A stretch of 36,411 nucleotides of DNA from NCBI GenBank assembly GCA_001724245.1, contig MEDX01000038.1, forward strand, positions 1 to 36,411, in the 5' to 3' direction. This document shows, piece after piece, positions 1 to 10,100 of this stretch. A program made the position numbers and the translations under genes. Position 1 is the stretch's first letter, and each line of letters starts with the position of its first letter. This DNA comes from Fonticula-like sp. SCN 57-25 (taxonomy: Eukaryota). The notes beneath the pieces were generated by a model. It saw nothing but the letters and a program-made list of their open reading frames with translations, did no database searches and was not told the DNA's origin.

Positions 1-1
1 G

Positions 2-997
2 GTGACGTCATTGTCGTATCAAGCTGCGTCTTGCAACATTATTGTAGGTCTTAATACTGGTCAAGTTGAACTGTTGCAAACTGATCCTCAAATTGCACCA
101 TCTGCTGCCCCTCAAGTGATACTTCCCGTCCATGAATGCGTTCGCCAGCGACTGGCAGAGGCGCAGGCAGAAGTGAAGGACATCGAGGCGGCACTTACTA
201 TGGCAAATGGTGATATTCATCTGCGTGAGCAAGAACTGAAAGAGTCGATTGCCAACCTCGAGGTCAAATGTGCGTGTCCAATATTATATCACGTGGCCAT
301 ATACTAACATGTTGCTATGATACCGGTAGTGGTGAGAGAGAAAATGGCACTAGAGCAACTGCATAATCTAAAGTCTATGGCAGAGTCACGTGATTTCGCT
401 AAGCTGACGGAGCGCCACAATGAACTGAGTGGCATAATCAATGTCTGCACGCAGACACTTGACAGCTTGACAGATTGTCTATCTGTTTCCGGATTGGAGG
501 ATCTCCGCGGCGACACCTTCAACGAATGGCTGTGCGACATTGGCATGGGCAAACTGCAAACTGCGCTAAAGGACATTGATGGCGCTACTTTGACGATGCT
601 CAGCGTGAGTGACGTCATGGACTATGACGTCACCTTCAATGATGCTGCCGCCCTTCAACTATCTGGTTATATTGCGCACTACAAACTTGGTGATGACAGC
701 GCATTTACACCGCCACGTGACAGTGTTCTATCATGGGACGAAGTGCAAACTGCAAACTGGATCAAGTCACTTGATGCTTCCTATGCTTGTCTTATCTCTG
801 CTGGCTGGCATGGTGCTGCTCTATGCTCTCTTTCCTCATCACGTGTCATTGAAGCATCCAAGGGAGCACTAAAGGCACCCGAAGCTGTAAAGTTCATTGG
901 CCTTGTAAAGGCAAAGCGAAATGAACTGGATAGCGGCAAGGCCAAGTGGGTAGTCACCTGGACAGGATCGATTCCTATTGGGAATCAGGCTCCTTAG
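2..997 (+). CDS. WD40-coiled coil-SAM-SAM protein, paralog 1 (5' part lies outside the window); exons 2-269 and 330-997
   Basis: Intron 270-329 (GTGCGT...GGTAG, phase 1) joins ORFs 2..307 and 317..997. Two SAM-like segments: FNEWLCDIGMGKLQTALKDIDGATLTMLSVSDV and SWDEVQTANWIKSL...WHGAALCSL. Colinear with the last two exons of the gene at 1943-4070, including the intron position. Confidence 0.75.
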
Positions 998-1120
998 CGT
1001 ATCTTTTTTCTTCTCTACTAAACGTGTCTTTTTTTTCTCTGCTTAGGGTAACTTTTTTCTCTCTACTTAGCGAAAGCTCGAAACTTTTTTCTTTCTACTT
1101 AGCGTAACTATTTTTTCTCT
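994..1120. repeat. Degenerate minisatellite, about 5 units of 24-32 bp (TTAGCGTAAC-T-run-CTCTCTAC-like)
   Basis: Visible units: ttagcgtatcttttttcttctctac / taaacgtgtctttttttttctctgc / ttagggtaacttttttctctctac / ttagcgaaagctcgaaacttttttctttctac / ttagcgtaactattttttctct. The first unit overlaps the stop codon of paralog 1. Confidence 0.7.
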
Positions 1121-1942
1121 GTTCTCGATTCCAATTTCGTATCAGTTGCCAGTCGTCTTGCTCTTCTTTCTTGTCTTTATTTGTTTTCCTTTCGACGGCT
1201 TTCAAACATATCCAATTCAATATAGCTAGTAATACATAAACGACCATTGATATGGCCCCATTGTGTCTATCTCTGCCTGGCGCGTGTGCGCAGTCATGGA
1301 CCATGGTGCTGGTGCAAGCGCAAAACGAATCATGTGGCAATGACGCGCGGGTAGACGTGGGCCTCTTCATGATGACAACGGTACAATGATGTCATTGAGA
1401 AAATGCGTGACGTCATATGTGCGCGGGTAGCCGACGCGCATCTTTGCCTGATCACCCGCGCGATGGGCTGATCATGGGCGTCGAAGGCGGTGGCCGATCT
1501 CACGATCAAACACGACACACAAGGGTGATCTTGCGTCGGGACGCGGCCAAATGCGCTTAAAAAACATCGAGTTCGTCATTCGTGACGATGCGCGTGATCG
1601 CGATGACGGCGCTCATGGATGCGGACACAAAGGGATGGCGTGAAACTCGTGATTGTCAGGCGGGTGAGTGTGGTCGCCAAAAGAACGACTACATATAATA
1701 ATTGGCTCACACAAACACTTATCAATGGTGGCGGCAGCCATCTTTGCAACAACAAAACAGTAACCACGGCGTCGACGCACACTGTGTTACCATGCCTGAG
1801 CAGGCTGGACATGCTGGACGGCGAGGCGTCAATTCACGTGACCATGATTTCGTCACCACGTGGCCATAATTTTTTGCTGTCAGCATCAGGTCAGCATACG
1901 CGGCACGCGGGAACCAGGGAAGCGAGAAGAGTGGTGGACGCA

Positions 1943-4070
1943 ATGGCGCATCAATTGGTCAGGAGGACGACTATTGAACCGCACACGGATTTTGTATGTC
2001 TTTCTTTGCTTTTGATGTGCTGCTGGTCTGATGCTGTCTTCTGATTGTGTTTGCAGGTGTATACGTGTGCGATTTCCCCCGACGGCACTTTGGTGGCGAC
2101 TGGCAGTCATGACAAGACACTCTGTATCACCAATATTGCCACGCGGGCAAGGGTGTACACTGTGCGGAGTGATAATTATGTACGTGTTTGTTTGTCCTTC
2201 TTTGTTCTGACACCACATCAAGGCAAGATTTATTGATGTCGCGTGGTCGCCCGACGGAACGCGTCTTGTCGCCGTGACAGGCAATGAACTTAGTGGCCGT
2301 GTCATCCAAGTCACCAACAACAATGCGCACTCGACCGTGCACTCGATCAACGCGAATGTATGCATCATGTTTGCCGCTCTTTCTTTGCTCATCCCTTGTC
2401 TAGTTGCGTGGATGCGCATTCAGTCCCAGTGGGATCGTTGCCGTCGGTGGAGATGACAAAGCAGTGACACTCTTGGATCCATTAAACAACTATTCAGTCA
2501 TTCAATCATTCACTGGATTGTATAATATTGTGCGTTCGTGAATGATGAAATGCTCGTGCTCAAACGAAAGTGTCAGGTGTTTTGTCTCGCCTTTTCACCG
2601 GATGGGAATATTCTTGCCGCGGGATGCGGTGGTGGTCACATGTACATTTATGGACTGACCAATGGCAAATGGGCGCAAGTATCATACCACAAGCATCATT
2701 CTGGTCAAGTATGATACTTATTCAATATTGCCATATCTAAAAAAATTCTTACTAGGTCTTTTCCCTCTCCTTCAGTCCCTCTGGTCGCATGCTATTGGCC
2801 GCAAGTGGTGACTGGACTGCTTCCATCTGGAATGTTCTATATGGGACCACGTGGTCATTTACTCCCCACGTGACACTCAAGGGACACACGAGTAGTGTCC
2901 GTGGCGGCGCCTTTCTCGATGACGAGTCGCACGTGATCACTGGGTCAGTTGATAATTCCCTCCTTATTTGGCGCACATCTGATGGAGTGCAAACTGCAAA
3001 CTACGAAAGTGGTGGAGTGGTGTGTCACGTTTTGTCTATTTATATCGCTCACCCATTTTGCTATGCAGGTTCTTTCATTGTCGTATCATGCTGCGTCTTG
3101 CAACATTGCACTTAGTCTTGAAGAATGTCAAGTTGAAATGTGGCAAACTTATATTGAACAATCTGGTGCCCCTCAAGTTACCCATGAAAGCATCCGCGAG
3201 CGACTATCAAAGGCTTACGCACAAGCCATTGATATCCAAATATCAATTGAAAATGCAGACAGTGGATTACGTCAGCAAATGTCACGTGAGCAGGAGCTTA
3301 AGCAATCGATCGCCGAGCTCAAGGTCAAATGTGCGTATTGGTACACATGTGATCGTCTAATTCCATACTAACAAATTCTATGTTTAGTGGCGAGTGAGAA
3401 AGAGGAACTCGAGGAACTGCAAACTCCCGAGTATATTGAACAATCACGTGATCTAAGTGAACTGATGGAGCGCCACAATGAACTGGTTGGCATCATTCGT
3501 GGCTACACGCAGACACTTGACAGCTTGACAGACAGTTTGTCTGTTTCGGGATTGGGGGACCTTCGTGGTGATTCTTTCATGGAGTGGCTCTGTAACATTG
3601 GCATGAGCAAACTGCAAACTGCACTGAAAGAGATTGATGGCGCTACTTTGACAATGCTCAACGTGAGTGACGTCATGGAATATGACGTCACCTTCAATGA
3701 TGCTGCCGCCCTTCAACTGCGTGCCTACATTGCACACTACAAGCTAAGTGATAAGAGAGACTTTGCCCCGCCACGTGACAGTGTTCCTTCATGGGATGAT
3801 ACGCAAACTGCAAACTGGATTGATTCCCTTGGTGACTCTTATGCCTGTTTATCTGATGCTGGCTGGCATGGTGCTGCTCTATGTTCCCTTTCCCCGCCAC
3901 GTGTCATTGAAGCAAGCAAGGGAGCACTCAAGGCGCCAGAGGCAGTAAAGTTTATTGGATTAGTGCGTCAAGTGCGAAGTGAAACAGACGGCGACAAGGC
4001 CACGTGGGTGACAAAGTGGAGTGGGGCAAGTACTATTGAACTGCAAGTGGAGTGGGGCAAGTACTATTGA
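1943..4070 (+). CDS. WD40 (about 7 repeats)-coiled coil-SAM-SAM protein, paralog 2, about 591 aa; exons 1943-1993, 2057-2179, 2223-2357, 2404-2529, 2577-2708, 2756-3019, 3069-3330, 3388-4070
   Basis: Seven GT-AG introns give one continuous 1776-nt ORF. WD40 repeats include VYTCAISPDGTLVATGSHDKTLCI, FIDVAWSPDGTRLV, LRGCAFSPSGIVAVGGDDKAVTL, VFCLAFSPDGNILAAG, VFSLSFSPSGRMLLAASGDWTASIW and LKGHTSSVRGGAF...TGSVDNSLLIW. These are followed by a heptad-rich segment and two SAM-like domains. The start ATG at 1943 is inferred. Confidence 0.75.
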
Positions 4071-4078
4071 ACTGCAAG
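4014..4078 (+). repeat. Perfect 31-bp tandem duplication at the 3' end of paralog 2
   Basis: AAGTGGAGTGGGGCAAGTACTATTGAACTGC occurs at 4014-4044 and again at 4045-4075. Confidence 0.95.
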
Positions 4079-4212
4079 CTGCCTAGTATCTTTCATACGT
4101 GGAACAATAACCATGTACATTTACGAGTCATGCTGTATTCAAAGTGCGATTGAAAAACAACGACAAAAAATAGCCAAATATACACAAAATCATACAATAC
4201 ATAAACCAATTT

Positions 4213-7071
4213 TCACCGCTCGTCAGCGCTCAAAAGTCGTTCCGCGACCGCCGACGCGATCCTAACCGCGTCCATCTGCACCTGCAGCAGCTCGCTCCTC
4301 TGCAAGCCACCCACCCACACTTCCGCCGCCGCCGCCGCCGCCCTCACCCCCGCCACGTGGTCAACCACCTGCTGCTGCTGCTCGACGGTCGGGTGCTCAA
4401 CGGTCGGCACTTGGTCGCCCGCAACGCTGCCCGACGGCGCCGCCGCGAGCGACTCTGCGCTATTATTGGCCGCGTCGAGGTGACTGTACATGACCGGAAT
4501 CGCCTCGTGACGCTCTGTGCGGACGCGCTGCGGACGCGTGGACGCCGACGCGGGCGTGTGCACGACGACAAACTCGACAGAGTTGCTCTCGTCAATGTGC
4601 GTCGCGCGGCGCTTGCGCTCGGTCGGAGGGGAAAAAGTGGCGGCGGGGTCGGTGGCGGCGCGCGGCCGGCGCGGGACGGCGCGAAGGGGCGATGTCGGTG
4701 TGGGGAGCGATGATGAAGGTGCATTGTCGGCAGCGGCGGCGGCGAGCACGCGGTCGCGCAGGTCGCGCGGGATGGCGTCGACGGCGGCGTTGGCAATCCA
4801 TGCGCGAAAAAGGGAAATTTCGGTGGGGCGCGCGTCAGAGAGCGCGGCGGTGACGAGCGGCGCGCAGAGGGCGGCGGGCTGCGTGAATGTGAGAAGCATG
4901 GTGAGAAATTTTAGTCGCATGGCGTCGCTTTGGATGAGGGAAAGTGACGCGGCGGCGGATGCGACGAGGCGCGCGACGGTCGTGTGGCCGTCGGAGGCGG
5001 AGGCGGCGCGCGAAATGGACCGCTCGAGAAGCGCCTGCATCGCGTCAGAGTCATATGAGGGGCGCGCGAGGTCGACAAGATCGGCGATAAGAGAAAAGCT
5101 GTAGTTTGAATCGAGCGAGTGGGCAGCGAGGACGGAAAGGAGAGAGCGGCATGCGGCGGGCGTGCAGACAGTGTCACGTGGACGGTTCAAAAAACGCTCG
5201 CAAAATGCGTTGAAAATGGCGCCGATTTCGACCGGCTGAGTGGCGCCAAGCTCATTGGCAAGCGCGCAAACAAGCAATTCAAAAGAGTTGTTGCCATCGG
5301 CCGAGTCGGGACGCGGCAGCAAAAGAAGAGTTTGTGCCATATCGGCGCGGCGATACGCCACAGTAACTGCCGCCGACGCAGCTGACATGACAGACGCTGC
5401 GGCAGCGGCCACTGGCGGCCATTGGTCGACCCCCTCTAGCATGGCAAGCCACACTAGTGCCGCCAAGCGCCGACCAGCAGAGACAGCCGCATCAGCCAAT
5501 CGCGTGGCAATATCGGCCGTCGCGGACGGTGCGATTAGCGCGAGCGAGTGCGCCACGCGGTCCGGCGGGTGTAAAAGTAAAGCAAGTGCCACGCTGCCGT
5601 CCTTGATGTGCGCGTCGACGCCAAGGTCACGAAGGATGACGTCACCCATCTCGACGGCGGCGGCGATCGAGTCGGCGCTGACGCCAGTGTCGGCAGACAT
5701 GAGCTCGCTCGGGCGCAGTCCACGAACGATTGCCTGAATGTTTGTCGATGATAGACAGCGGCGCGCGAGACGGACAAGCCAGCTTGTGAGTGATGGCGGC
5801 GCGGCCTGGGCAAGCGCGCAAAGGGCTTCGGGGGCAGCGGAAGAGTCGCGCTGCTGTAGCGCGGAGACGCCCGCGCGGCCGACCACTTCGAGTGCAATGT
5901 CGGGCTCGGCGGCGGCTGCGGCGCACGCCAGCGCGCACCACGTGTCGACGGCGACGCGCCATACGTCGGGCTCGGCCGACGACATTGAGGCCGACGGCGC
6001 TGTTGAATTGCCGTTTTGGGTCGTGCTGTTGGACGGCGACGGAACGAGAGGATTGGCGTATTGGGTCGTGCTGCCGGTTGATGGCGACCGCGCGCTGGCA
6101 AGCCAAAAGTTAAGGAGCGGCGCCATGAGCAGCGTCTGCCTGCTCTTTCTTGCAATGACGTCGGCAAAGGCGGTGATCAGGGCGCGCCAAGCGACAAAGG
6201 CGTGCGGGCTGGGCGGGTTCGCCCCAAAGGCGGGCTCGAGCGCGGCGAGCACGCCGTTGAGGGCGTCTGTGCTGCTGCAGAAAGCACCGCCTGCGAGCTT
6301 GACGGCGGCGGACCAGCCGGCGCAGAGGCGCTCAAAGTGGCCAGCGTCGGCGAGCGAGCGGCAGTGCAGACGAAAGGCGGCGGTCGCGTCCGAGGCAGCG
6401 GCGCTAATGGCGATGCGCGCTTCGTTTGAAAGAGGCAAGGCGCTCCACTTTTCGGCGACCGAGACGGCGAGGCTGCCGACGCTGTCATGGTGCGGCCACG
6501 CGAGGCATGCGGTGAGCGAGGGCGCCCACAGCACAGCGTGAGTATAATGGCGGTCGGCGTGCGTGTCGGCCACGCAGAGACAGCCCGTGATCACCGTCGT
6601 GAGATCCGGCGATGTGGCGAGCACGTTGGATAACAATTTAGAAACGTTTAAACTAATGTCCGCAGCGTGCTCGGCGGCCTTGGGATCGCCCTGGACCTGC
6701 TCGGAGGAGAGGCAGAAGAGAGCGAGGCTCTGGAGCGCGGGGGATCCGGACGAGAGATCGCTCAGCAGGACGGGGAGGAGCGAATCCCACTCTAGAGCCA
6801 TATCAAATGCAGATCCAAGGTGAAGCATGTAGCCGAGAAATACGCGCACGGCGCGCTGGAGTGCAAGGCCGGCGCCCGCGGCCCGAATGTCCCTCGACAC
6901 ACACGACAGCAGATCGGCCTTGACGGCAGATATCGCCTCGACGGCGCCCTGCCCACCTTCCCGGCATTGCAAAAGAAGAACACGGTAGGCGTCCGTGAGC
7001 GCGTCAGCGTCCGAACCGCGCGACTTTATCTGCGCGACGAGCGGCGCGAGCCACGGCGGCGCCTCTGCCAT
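4213..7071 (-). CDS. RIF1: Telomere/replication-timing regulator Rif1, about 952 aa, intronless
   Basis: ATG at 7071 (MAEAPPWLAPLVAQIKSRGSDADALTDAYRVL). HEAT-repeat Rif1_N motifs WSAAVKLAG, AFVAWRALITAF and RQTLLMAPL. SVEFVVV...IPVMYSHLD and the C-terminal helix resemble animal RIF1 as recalled. Confidence 0.8.
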   Translation of the reverse strand: MAEAPPWLAPLVAQIKSRGSDADALTDAYRVLLLQCREGGQGAVEAISAVKADLLSCVSRDIRAAGAGLALQRAVRVFLGYMLHLGSAFDMALEWDSLLPVLLSDLSSGSPALQSLALFCLSSEQVQGDPKAAEHAADISLNVSKLLSNVLATSPDLTTVITGCLCVADTHADRHYTHAVLWAPSLTACLAWPHHDSVGSLAVSVAEKWSALPLSNEARIAISAAASDATAAFRLHCRSLADAGHFERLCAGWSAAVKLAGGAFCSSTDALNGVLAALEPAFGANPPSPHAFVAWRALITAFADVIARKSRQTLLMAPLLNFWLASARSPSTGSTTQYANPLVPSPSNSTTQNGNSTAPSASMSSAEPDVWRVAVDTWCALACAAAAAEPDIALEVVGRAGVSALQQRDSSAAPEALCALAQAAPPSLTSWLVRLARRCLSSTNIQAIVRGLRPSELMSADTGVSADSIAAAVEMGDVILRDLGVDAHIKDGSVALALLLHPPDRVAHSLALIAPSATADIATRLADAAVSAGRRLAALVWLAMLEGVDQWPPVAAAAASVMSAASAAVTVAYRRADMAQTLLLLPRPDSADGNNSFELLVCALANELGATQPVEIGAIFNAFCERFLNRPRDTVCTPAACRSLLSVLAAHSLDSNYSFSLIADLVDLARPSYDSDAMQALLERSISRAASASDGHTTVARLVASAAASLSLIQSDAMRLKFLTMLLTFTQPAALCAPLVTAALSDARPTEISLFRAWIANAAVDAIPRDLRDRVLAAAAADNAPSSSLPTPTSPLRAVPRRPRAATDPAATFSPPTERKRRATHIDESNSVEFVVVHTPASASTRPQRVRTERHEAIPVMYSHLDAANNSAESLAAAPSGSVAGDQVPTVEHPTVEQQQQVVDHVAGVRAAAAAAEVWVGGLQRSELLQVQMDAVRIASAVAERLLSADER

Positions 7072-7165
7072 TGTTGCGACACCCGCACGCTGACTGTACA
7101 AATCAGAAGAATCAGAAGAAATCAGAATTACTTGATCCTCGTGGCACACGGTGACATTGCGCGAC
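7072..7165. promoter_or_regulatory. 94-bp bidirectional promoter between RIF1 and NOL6, with three AATCAG copies
   Basis: Divergent ATGs at 7071 (-) and 7166 (+). AATCAG occurs at 7101, 7110 and 7120. Confidence 0.6.
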
Positions 7166-10100
7166 ATGGGACGCAGCGCCAAGCGAGTCGCGTCGGCTCC
7201 GTCGGCGCACGCTGAAGAGGATGAGGACGCCATGCAGGGCGTCGTCGTGTCGGCCCCCCCGATGGCTGCCTCGAGCATTCAACGGTTAGGCGACGATGAT
7301 GACTATGTTGAAGAGGACGACGGCTCTGATGTCGAAGATGCCGATGAGGAGGAGGGTGAGGATGAGGAGCGGCCGTCCTCGGACCTGTACCGCCTCCCGA
7401 CCGCGGACGAGATGCGCGAGCTCAAGGAGACGTCCGAGCTGTACAAGAGCAATGTGTTTCGCCTGCAGCTGACCGAGCTCCTGTCCGAGGTTTCGGTCAA
7501 GCACGAATCGCTGTCAAAGCTCGAGGGCGCCCTGCACCGCCTCAAGGCGGATCTCGCGGTGATGCCCGAGCGCGCCGAGATGCCTGCGTCCGACGCGCAC
7601 CGCAAGCTTTCCAAGGACGGCGTCAACGTCCCCTTTGACCTCCCCGCTGTCTGCAACTACTCTCTTGCCTTCCAGCGCCCCTCTGATCTCTCCATTGTGG
7701 GCAGCTACCTCGTCAAGACGCACGCCAAGCCGCAGCTGGCGGTCGACGTGGCGCTCGAGATGCCCGCGGCGCTCTTCCAGCCCAAGGACATTCAGCACTA
7801 CCGCTACCACCACAAGCGCGCGTACTTTTTGGCGTGCGTCGCCGCGTACCTGTCCAAGCGTCCCGGCCTCGCGGCGCTTACCTTTGAGTCCTTTAACGGC
7901 GACATGTCGCGCCCCGTCCTTGTTATGCGCGCCGCAAAGGGCGACACCGCGGTGGACTTTTCCAAGACGGGCTTTCTTATTCGCCTGCTGCCGACGGTTG
8001 CCCCGGGCACGTTCAAGCTCGACCGCCTCGCGCCCGGGCGCAGCAACCTTCGCGACGGCGACACCTCTTCGTCGGCCGCGCACTACAATAATGCCATTTT
8101 GACCGACATGTTTATGAAGCACCATGTGATTGCGGTTCACTCTGCGCTTGCGGCCGTCCCTAGCATTGCCGAGGCGTCGCGCCTGCTGCGCGTGTGGCTT
8201 CGCCAGCGGCAGCTTGACCGCGTGGGCGGCATCACGGGCTTTATCGCCACCATGGTTCTCGTGCACCTGCAGCAGATTCGCAAGCTGAGCCGCGCCATGT
8301 CCGAGTTTCAGTCGTTCCGCCTCGCTCTCCAGTTCATCGCCGCGCAGGACTGGCGCGCTTCCCCCATCGCCATGCAGACATTTGCGTCGAATGAGCACAG
8401 CGACCTTTCCCCCGAGCTGGACACTTTCAGCGCCGCCTTTGACACGGTCATGCTGGACGGCAGCGGCCGCCTCAACCTGATGGCCGACGTGTCGCGCGGC
8501 ACGATGCTCTTTGTGCAAAAGGAGGCGCGCCTGGCGCTCGCCATGATTGACAGCCCCGACGACCGCTTTTCGGACCTTTTCCTGCGGCCGCTCCAGCCCG
8601 TTGCCGTGTTTGACCACCTCTTTGCGGTCGACACGACGGTCGCCGACGCGCCGCACCTCGCTCGCGCTTTAAGTGGGTCGCTCATCGTCGGCGCGCTCGC
8701 CGACCGCTGCCACCTCGTCGCGTCCTGGATCGAGCAAGGCGAGGCCGACTGCTCGTGGCCGCTCAAGTCAGCCAAGCCGTCGTCGCGCCCCGTCACCGTG
8801 TGGGGCGGCCTTGAGGTCTCGGACGCCGCCGCTGCCGGAAAGCTCGTCGTTATGGGCCCCCCCGCCGACCAGGCAGACGCTGCCGCCGCCTTCCGCCGCA
8901 CGTGGGGCTCGCGCTCCGAGCTGCGCCGCTTCCGCGACGGCTCAATCGTCGAGGCGGTCGTCTTTTCGCGGCCCGACGCTCAGCGCCACCTCGTCGTGTG
9001 CGACATGCTGACGACGCTCCTCTCGGTGCATCACCCCGCCGCCGTGCCGTCGCTGCGCTTCCGCGCGCCGCGCGCCGACGCGCTGCTCCGCCGACTTGGC
9101 CCGAACACCAACGGAAAGCGCTCGGCCGCCGGCGCCGCGCGTCCGACCTCTGCCGAGGACCCCGTGCGCGCCGCTGGTGCCGCCTTTGAGGCGCTCGCCA
9201 AGCGTGTGCGCGGCGCACGCGCGCTCCCGCTGTCGGTGCACGCCGTGCTTCCCGCGTCGGCGCACCTGCGCGGCACCGCCGTCATGCCTGCCGAGGCGCA
9301 CGCTGCGCGCCTCCGCAAGGTTCGCGGCGGCGTTCAGTCGTACGCTGCTCCCATCGAGGCCGTCATCACGTTCGAGTCGTCGACGCGCTGGCCCGACGAC
9401 GCGACTGCCGCCGACGTCATCAAGTCTGCCTTTTACGCGCGCCTCGCCGCGTCGCTGTCCGAGGACGACGGCCCGGCGACGTTTGCGTGCGTCGACTATG
9501 TTGACGTTCTTTTTGGCGGTTTTGCTTTCCGTCTTCGCATCGCGATTGAGCACCAGGTCAAGGTGATGGCGGCGTCCGATGACGCGACGCACCGCGCGCT
9601 CCTCCCTCAGTATGAGATGTGGGCTGTGCACCTTCCCGCGCACCACTCTCTTGTGCACACGATTGCGTCGTCGCACGGCGCGTACCGCCTGGCCGTGCGC
9701 CTCGCTTCGCGATGGGCGTCGAGCCACTTTTTCAGCGGCGCGCTTTTGCACGAAACGATTGAGCTGCTCATGGCGTCGGTGTTTGTGAACGCGGGCGCTT
9801 TTGCGCAGGCCGGAAGCGCCCTGAGCGCGCTCGTCCGCTTCTGGCGGCTGCTCGCCGAGACGGACTTTGAGGAGACGCCCATCACGGTCTCGCCGCTCGA
9901 GTACCCGCAGAGCCACGTGGATGAGACGTTCAAGGCGATTCGCGCGCTTCCCAACGGCGGCGGCGCTCCGCTCGTCATCTTTTCGCGCTGCGACAAGACT
10001 GGCACGCTGTTTACGTCGCAGCTGGACCGCATCATGTTTTCGCGCGTCGTCAAGTTTGCGCGCGCCGCGTGGAAGCAGGCGTGCGAGGCGCCCTTTGAAG

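Noticed and set aside
994-1120. Possible CRISPR array or telomeric repeat (single TTAGGG)
   Set aside because: The units are degenerate with no unique spacers, there are no cas genes, the context is eukaryotic, and there is only one TTAGGG.
1619-1942. N-terminal extension of ORF 1619..2044 as part of the WD40 gene
   Set aside because: It has no domain-like character. ATG 1943 gives a typical first propeller strand, although an upstream start cannot be excluded.
7072-7278. Apparent head-to-head overlap of the RIF1 and NOL6 ORFs in the ORF track
   Set aside because: Family similarity starts at ATG 7071 (RIF1) and the first ATG 7166 (NOL6). The extensions arise from upstream or non-ATG starts.
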